64,000 nucleotides of DNA. Origin: Blastocystis sp. Blastoise (taxonomy: Eukaryota > Protista > Bigyra: Opalinata). The DNA is taken from positions 1,178,001-1,242,000 of the forward strand of contig JBBPEB010000004.1 in the NCBI GenBank assembly GCA_039096225.1, written 5' to 3'. Of the stretch, positions 55,201 through 64,000 are shown in pieces. Each line of letters opens with the position of its first letter. The first letter of the stretch is position 1. The notes beneath the pieces are model-generated. The model made no database searches. It was given only the letters and a program-made list of their open reading frames with translations, and was not told the origin of the DNA. The position numbers and the translations under genes are program-made.

Positions 55201-56897
55201 CCATATGGAATCACTCTCTCTTCCTATTTATTCTCAATATTTATATTGTTCTTCAATCTATAAAGTGAATGTAGATACCTTTAATGATACATATCATTCT
55301 ATAATAATATCTCTATTTACAAAACTAATAAGATGCAAAGAAATCGATATATATTTATGTATACCTTGTTATGTATATTTAGGAGTTGAAGAAGGAGCTC
55401 AAGAAATTAAAAAGGAAATCACTCTGGCAGCAAACGATAATCAGTATAAAAATATTTATCGTATTATTAATATTATATTAAAAAATATTATTAACCTTAG
55501 TATAAATATCTTCTTTTTTCATATATATATCTCTATACTATATTAAATAAATAATACTCTACTATAGGCGTATTTTCATGTTAACCTCGTTACCTTTGGT
55601 TTTTTCCTATTTATCTCCTTATATTTATACTTATAAAGATTTTATTGGTATATATTAAATAATAATTTCAGTAGTTATTTTTTTATTCTTTAAAAATTTA
55701 ATTATATATAGATCTTTATGTATATAATTATTGGAAGACTCAATTAGAGAATAAAGGTTTACCTCAAGGAGAAAGCTTATTGATTGAAAATCCTGATTCT
55801 ATAGTTAGAAATCTAAGAACGATTATGGACTATATTCAGTATATATACTGTTATATAGATATTATATTATTTATTTTCTATATTATAATTTGTATAAAAC
55901 TATTTATATATTAGTTATGATATGCCTACAATTGTTGATTTATGCCAACAATACGATATATCTACAGATAAACCTTATACTATGTATATATATATGTAAT
56001 TATTATTATTATACTTATTATATTTTTTTTATTATTATTGTATTATTATTATATTTATTATTATATTTATTATTATATTTATATTTATTATATTTATTAT
56101 TATATCTATTATTATATCTATTATTATTATTATTATTATATATTTATTATATTATTATAATAACATTATAAATATTATAATATAGTTATATGGAGACATT
56201 ACTTACCTGTCCTTCTGCATTTCCAAATATGCATATTCCTATGGTTATAGATGGTCTTATCTTTAAGATACCTACTCAAGTGTATATAGATTGTTTACTT
56301 CATACATATAGACATATTCCTATATCAAATCGAACTTTACTTCAATATATTCTTCGAATACTTATGAAACAGACACCTATACCTGATGGAGTAGAAAGAG
56401 ATTGGAGAGTATTAGAATTCTTACTTAATAATGAGTATCTACTAACAACAATAAATACTCAGAAAATGAATCAAGTTTTAGATACAGTGGAAGAACATTC
56501 ATTAGAATCATCATATGATATAAATACTAAATCGATAAAACGATCCTCTGATATGATTTTATCTCAGAATACTATTTCAGAAGGATCTAAACGAATGAAA
56601 CAAAATGATTCCATTAATCAATCTATACATATCAAAGCGGACTCTAATAAATTGAATTCTACTTCTCTATCTTCATCATTAAATAATTCGAATAATATAC
56701 TTTCTGTCTCTACTTTATCTGTATATAATGACAAGAATCCAGAACCATTTACACTTCATACATTATCAGTTGAAGGCTGGAATCTGCTGAAAGATACGAT
56801 TAATGTTAGTAATCATAAAGATTATGTCTCATTATTAGACCTTATTGGAGTGCCTAAAGAGAAATTATTCATTCATGTTATTCAAGGACTCATCAAG

Positions 56898-56934
<37 letters not shown>

Positions 56935-56962
56935 TTTCACTTTTTTCTTATGTATATATTTT

Positions 56963-57051
<89 letters not shown>

Positions 57052-59182
57052 AATCTTCAATATATATAATTATTTATATTCATTATATATATATTTTTTT
57101 AAATCTTCAATATATTTATTATAATTATATATAATTATATTGATAAATAATTACTATATATATAATTAAATAACTTGACTATATTATTATTCTTATAGAA
57201 GTGCGGATCATCCATCATTTACATCAATATTTCTACCTCTTCTTCGTAATGTTCCTCTTTCTTCTCTAATTTCCTTATGTTTATCTATATCTACTATGTA
57301 TACTCATGAATCTATATGTACTCATATACCTTGTTATTTATGTCAACAACGTATTTTATGTATTCGATATGGATATGAACAAGGAAAGAAATATATAGAA
57401 GATTCCTTAAAGAGTGGTGATGATGAACAAATAGAAATATCGTCTATGTATTATCAGCAATGTCGTTGTGAACTACTTAAACAGATTTATATCTATAATA
57501 TGAATAGATTAGAGATTCCTAATGATGATTACCAACAGATCTTAGAAGTCAAAGATTATGAAGAGAGTATTTGTCAACTTATAGATAGATATACATATCA
57601 AGCAGGTATCACATTATTTAATGAATATCCACCCTTATCGGATCTAGAAACCTCACGTGATCTCTATAAACGATCCAATAAAATTGATATATATGATAAT
57701 GATGGAAAAGGTATTATTTATTTACATTCTTTTTTACTTAGTTTATGTCAGTTGTTCTCTATTAACTATGATTCTATTTACAAACGAATGCTTAATAAAT
57801 TTCTTCACGAAGAATTTATTGAAGATGAGAATTTTTTTTCTTCTGAATCTATTAATAATACTATATTAATAAAGACATATGAAGAACGTCGAAATGACTT
57901 TAATGAACAAAATATCATGAAATTATATTACTTAATAGAAGGATGTAAATATGAAGTTAATGAATATATAGATCATATTTCTGAATTACTAAAAATAGCT
58001 ACAGATGATAATATAGAAATATATTCTTATTCTACAAAAGCACGATTATTACAAGTTTTATTATATATATTACCTCCAAAATTATTTATAGAATCATATG
58101 ATATGAATTCAGATCATCTTCAAACAATTCTATATACATGGAAATGTATGTATGGAATCAATCAATATAAAATACCTTTAGATTCGAATAATATACTTTC
58201 TATCAATCAACCTCGTTATATTTATTCTCTATTATCTCAAAGAGGAAAAGAAAAAGGTATTTTATCATTCTGTTTATTTGTAATACTTCAAAAACATATT
58301 AATAATTCTGATATTTGGCTTCTTCTTTTAGAAAAGACATATTTTTTGAAATACTATCGTCTTCTCTATTTGATTCTCTCTTCGTTTCCTTTTATTTCAT
58401 CATTATCTGCAAAGCAACAACAATCATTTCTTTCAATATTCAAAGATTGTTTAACTATATTTATTAATCAACTGGAATGTTGTATTAAGAATAACAATGA
58501 TACTGAGAATTCATGTTCCTATTATTTGTCATCAGCTACTGTTTTGTCTATTTCTAAAGAATCTCAATTGAACGCCATTACAAAAACAATTGTTAAAATT
58601 ATTGAACATTCTCCTTTCCTTAGTGATCTCCCTCTGGAACATTATTGTACACAATTACTAACCTATTCATATTCATCTACAAATAAATTATTTATTCAAT
58701 TATGTATGTTTATTCCATCCATAGAAAAACGATGTGAATTACTTCTAAAGAGTATTCCATTAAAAGAATATTCTATTTTATTTGAAAGTATTTGTCCTAA
58801 TGGTAAACTAGTGTCTTATTATAGAAACGTATTTGAATGTGCTGTTCATACATTATATGATCATAAAGAATATAATCAATTATATACAATGTGGGGATAT
58901 CAAGATATTTTAAATGAATTAATAGAAAAATATTCTATTGATGATTATTTGTGTTATTTAATAGAACATTATCAATTTTTAGAGGCAAATCATGCTGTAC
59001 AAACATATTATGATATAGCAATTATCAGGCAAACATCTAATGAAGTGATACCAAATAAACAACAACTTGAACAAAACATTAATTTTGTATCTATTAAAAT
59101 TCAAGAAGATCCTAATTATCTTATTAAAAAATATATAATAGATCATCATTTAAATCAAACGCTTTTAAATTATTGTCATTAA
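49278..59182 (+). CDS. KNTC1: Host multi-exon Rough deal / kinetochore-associated protein 1-like (RZZ subunit ROD)
   Basis: From recalled similarity: beta-propeller IVLGDSSGYIHF, LLENGQYEIAEAYIQENHL, and Rod_C-like YSTKARLLQVLLYI and IWLLLLEKTYFLKYYRLLYLIL. Overall length is compatible. Exon structure was not fully resolved. Confidence 0.6.
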
Positions 59183-59747
59183 GTGTAGTTCATTTTTTTT
59201 TTGTTTTCTTTTTTCATTAGTTTATTCAAAGTATTTTCAATATTTTAATGTTTTCTATTTAAAAAAGATATTCATTTATCTTATTTTTAGTATTTACTTA
59301 TTTTTACCATGTTTTTTAAAGATTTATAATAGCTAATATGCAGAATTTGAACAATAATCATTGAAAAAGTGTCTTTAATGATCTTATTGTATTATTTTAT
59401 AATTGATAATAATCATGCAAATCGTTACTAGTATATTAAACAACAAATAGCAATAATTCTAAGTTAAAATGAAAAACAATTGCAAACAAGAACTGATTTT
59501 TTTTAACAATTATGTTCAAGTTTTGAAACATGACTTTTGAATATCATATGTTTGAAATAATAGTCAAAAATAAAACATTTATAACAAAAGAAAAGACAAA
59601 CTTCACAAAAACAATTTATCATTGGAATATGTGAAAAATGCTCTGTAAATTAAAAAAAACAATGATTAAAAGCATTTACTTTTTTCAAATGTTTGTTTGA
59701 ATAAATATTCTTTGTTATCCACTGCATTCATAAATAGCTCAATATAA

Positions 59748-61736
59748 ATGGATAACAACATCGTTACTATTTCAAATCAAAACAAGATTTCGCTATTAAA
59801 AACACAACTTCACATTTATCAAAGTTCTCTTGATGCATTAGGTAATATTATTGTGGATTACTTGAATGGAACATTGAAGGATCCCAAAACAACAAAGCAA
59901 GTCATCATTAAAAAGTGTGATGAAATAAAACAAGATTTGATCTCTTTCATTGATGATCCTGTGAATAGTAAGCTATTCTAGTTATTTTATATGTTCGTTT
60001 AAATATGTTTGTATCTATATTATTACATTTTGTTATAGATCAGATTGGCGCTTCAACAAATACTTTTCCTAATCAAGTTCCTACTATGATACCTATATCA
60101 AGCAATATCAAAAACGAGATTCCTTCTACTTCTTTATCAACTATCGTAAATAATCCAGTCGTGAAAGCAAGTACAAAACGAACAAGAAATTCAGTAAAGA
60201 AAGAAAGTCAAGATGCAACCCTTGGTTATCAATTCATTTTTTCAGATAATTCCTTACCGGTAATGATATCAATGGATACATTATTAAATAATTCGAATAG
60301 TTTATTTACGGAATTATCTATAAATGCGCTTCGTAATAATTCTGATATTATTAGAATTGATCATCCAAAAAGTTATTTTGATATTATACATGATGTAATG
60401 AAAGGAATTCCTTATAAGCAGAAAAAAATGGATGCCAAAAGTAAATATAAATTATATGATGAATTTGAGTATTACAAAGTTGCAGTTCCAACTGAATTAA
60501 GTTCATATAATACTAAAGAGTTAGTAAATAAAAAATGGAAATCTGATATTTTCAAAGTCAATGTTTCTGATAATATATATAAGATAAGTAAGAAGAATTT
60601 AAAGAAGCGAAATATAGATAATAGTTTTTTTGATAAAAGAAGAGATAAGAGATTAAGATATGACGTTGATAATGATGCAATTGTATTGCCTTTTCAAACT
60701 AAATATTTTGAGTATATAGATACATTTATACGTACAGGTCGTATTCAATTAAAGGAATCGGATATTTCTCATATAAAAGAGATTCAAAAGGATTTTGAAG
60801 CTTATGGTATTCCTGTAGATGAGAAGAAATGGTCAGTATATTCCTTCCAAAAGACCGATATGATTGGATCCGATATCATATCTAATGAATTCGCATATTA
60901 TATTCATAAATGGATTCCAAATAAAGAATGGAAAATTATATATAAGTAATTTTTTATGTTATATTATTTTTATTATTCTATTATTTTTTTATTATTCTGT
61001 TATTATTATTTTTTTTTATTATTAAAATATATATATATATTTTTTTTATTAAAATATTTTTATTACAATATATTTATTACAATATTTCTATAGAGGAACA
61101 AAGAATGGTTTTTCTCCATCATCGTTTCATAAATGCTGTGATAATCGTGGGGAAACTTTAATAGTCCTTTATTCTCGAAATAATAATGTTGATTGTGTTT
61201 TTGGAGGATATACATCAGTATCATGGCAGTCTCCACGATCGAATGGTATTTTTATATTAATTATAACTATTATTTTTTTTATAAATAATTCTTTTTTTAG
61301 TAATACATTTTTATTATTATTTTATTGAGTTATAGAATTAGCATAATAATAATATTATTATATCTATATATATATAGATAGTGAATATATAAAAGATCCT
61401 AATGCTTTTCTATTTACACTTCAAAATCCAAATGGTACTCTTCCTTCTCGATATATATGTAAACATCCTGGAAGTGCTCTTGTTCACAGTAGTTCATTCG
61501 GTCCAATCTTTGGATATACAGATATATGTGTTGAAGGAGAACTAGAGAAAACTATATATATCAACAATAAACAAAAAGGAAAAGGATATATATTAAATAA
61601 TGATAAACAAATATTTACATGCAAAAACTACATATATACATTTATTACTCAAGAAGATAATAAAGATATTAAAAATATAGAAAAGAAATATGAATTTACT
61701 ATTGATGAAATCGAAGTATTCCAAAGTAAAGAGTAA
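59748..61736 (+). CDS. Host multi-exon BTB/POZ-like + TLDc domain protein
   Basis: WKIIY(R)GTKNGFSPSSFHKCCDNRGETL, FGGYTSVSW, FLFTL.NP, GPIFG and IDEIEVF are the TLDc signature. Confidence 0.85.
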
Positions 61737-62195
61737 ATAAAATTGAAAATTATATCTTTTTTTGTTTTCTGTTTTTGTATTCTAATTTTTGTTTATCAAT
61801 GTATATTATATTGTATGATTATTGTCTTAATTACTAATAAAACAGTTAATATTTACAATGAAAGTTAAAATACAAAATCATTTTAAATTGGAATGGTTCA
61901 TTGTGTTTTATTAATTCCTTTTTTCATATGATTTTTTCTTTAAATATTTTTATCTATAAGTATTCATGTGTTTTACATTTATTTATTTCACTTAAACAAA
62001 AATCAATTCAAATAGATTAACAAGTTATAAAACAATAATTAGAATCAATATAATAGATATCATTAATATATATATATATATATAATTGTTAATAATGAAA
62101 AAATGAGAAAATGATAAGCCAATGTATCTGTATTTGTATATCTCTAATATAAATAAATAAATAAAAACACGAGAAATCATAATTTATTATTCTTT

Positions 62196-63740
62196 TTATG
62201 CTCTTCCCCAGACTTCATAATCTTCTACTGTAAAATAATTAGTAGAATCAGCATCATTTGTATTTACAAATAAAGCTGATTTTTTAAGAGTAATTACTTC
62301 AGAGAAATAAGATGCTTTACAAGAAGAATTATTATTATTATGACAATCATTTGATATATAGATATCATGACCACCTCCAAAAGTTGGACCATATAAAGAA
62401 CCACAATATGTTGCATAACCTTTAGTACTAGTATAATATATATATTTAGTAGGAGGAATACCATGTTCATTACTTAGCGTAAATAGAAACTCGTTAGAAT
62501 AAGATTTTCAACCTATACAAGAAATATAGTGAATAATTAATTTAAAAAATAATTAAATAATAAATATACTATTTGAACTATCCCAATCTTGATTTGTATA
62601 TCCTCCAAATATATTAATATGATTATTATGACCTATATGTTTAATTAGAGTCACTGTTTCTCCTTGATAATCACAATATCTATGAAATTCAACTGCAGAA
62701 TAGTTATGTTCACTTGCTCTAAATAATAATTTCCATTTCTTTTCTTTACCAAGCCAATTCACCAAAGAGTTTTCAGCTGTTTGATCTAATATATATGAGT
62801 GTGGAAATGAAATATTACTACACCATCCATTTTTTACACTATTTCTTCCTTTATCACCAAATAAACTATATATTTCATTCTCTAATAATTCTCTATTTAT
62901 ATTCTTTGCTTCTTCTTCAGATATATAAATATAATTATATTGAATATATTCATCAATATGATCAATATATGTATAATTCATCTTCATATATAATTCATTC
63001 TTCTTTTCATCATAATCTACATATCCATCATCATAGTCATTAATAATATTATTCCAAAAATGATATTTCTTCCAGTAATCTCTTAATATATCATCTTTCT
63101 TATCATTTATATAAAGAATAACATCATCACCTTCTTTATATTGTATCATATTACGATCCATTCTATATATAGTCTTCACTAATTCTTCAGGAATAGGTAA
63201 TTCACAATATTCAAACATTTTTAATAAATCAACTTGATCACCAAAACTTAACTTATCAATATTAACTTTCTTATTCATTAAAGAATCAATCAATAAAGGA
63301 GCTACTGTTTCATCATAAGGATAATCTAAATAAGCTTCACCGTCAACAGTTTTTTGATCATTTTGACATTGTTCATATAAATATGTTCCTACTAAACTAT
63401 TTGTTATTCTTTTAGGAAGAGAATAAACTGGACCATTACTGGTAAATCGAATATAATCAATTCCATTATCATTATTATTCATATTTAAATCACTTTCATG
63501 AACATATGAAGATTCTTGGATAATTATATGTGAATCCTCACCATTCTTATCATTCATTCCTTCACAATTTCTTGTTAATCGATTCACTAATTCATTCACG
63601 GACTCACCTGAATGAATACAAAAACTTATTGACTTACTTAAAATACCAATCAAATCACAAATCAGTCTTTCAAAATGAATTACATCCTTCTGAATATCAC
63701 CAATCTTATTCGCATCAAATCCTACCTTCTCTTTCACCAT
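62196..63740 (-). pseudogene. BTB-like + TLDc paralog with an in-frame TGA at the start of its last exon
   Basis: WKLLFRASEH..FHRYCD.GETV..FGGYT, then intron 62569-62513, then AGT TGA AAA TCT TAT...EFLFTL...GPTFGGG...VEDYEVWGRA*. Confidence 0.6.
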
Positions 63741-64000
63741 TCTTAACAATAAAAGGAATAAAAGAAAAATGAAAACTTTGTTGAATCAAAATTATGAAAC
63801 TGTATTCTTTTATAGCGTAAAAATTTAAAAAAATCGTAAATGTTTTTAACCACTTTTATTTTATCAATTTATAATTATTTTCATTTAATAGCTTTCATTT
63901 TAAAATAAATCATGATTTTAATTTATTTTGTTATTCATTTTTTAAATCTCTTTATTATTCATTTAAGTTCCATTTTTAATAAGATTATTAAATCATAATA

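Overview
This is very AT-rich, intron-rich eukaryotic DNA. The small GTA..TAG introns, TGTTT(T/A)GTT-like 3' motifs, BTB-TLDc paralogs and Ig-repeat surface protein suggest a Blastocystis-like protist (inference). Host genes occupy 1-13.2 kb and 39.2-64 kb: a low-complexity protein, a coiled-coil protein, a GT61-like glycosyltransferase, a giant Ig-repeat membrane protein, a ROD/KNTC1-like protein and two TLDc proteins. Between them lies an apparently intact 25,372-bp endogenous Polinton-like DNA virus (13407-38778) with 354-bp terminal inverted repeats and no target-site duplication. It has no recognisable protein-primed polymerase or rve integrase. It encodes an AEP primase-D5 helicase, an NCLDV-type SSB, a Dam-like methylase, two major capsid paralogs, two penton-like proteins, an A32 ATPase and two convergent tyrosine recombinases. 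The most unusual features are: (i) about 130-nt bulged hairpins at both tips, resembling poxvirus or parvovirus ends; (ii) a maturation protease apparently reached by a -1 frameshift at A_AAA_AAC-stop, followed directly by an LRGG|G cleavage site; (iii) an adenovirus pVI-like protein; (iv) host-type spliceosomal introns in two viral genes. All protein calls come from motif recognition by eye; no database searches were run.
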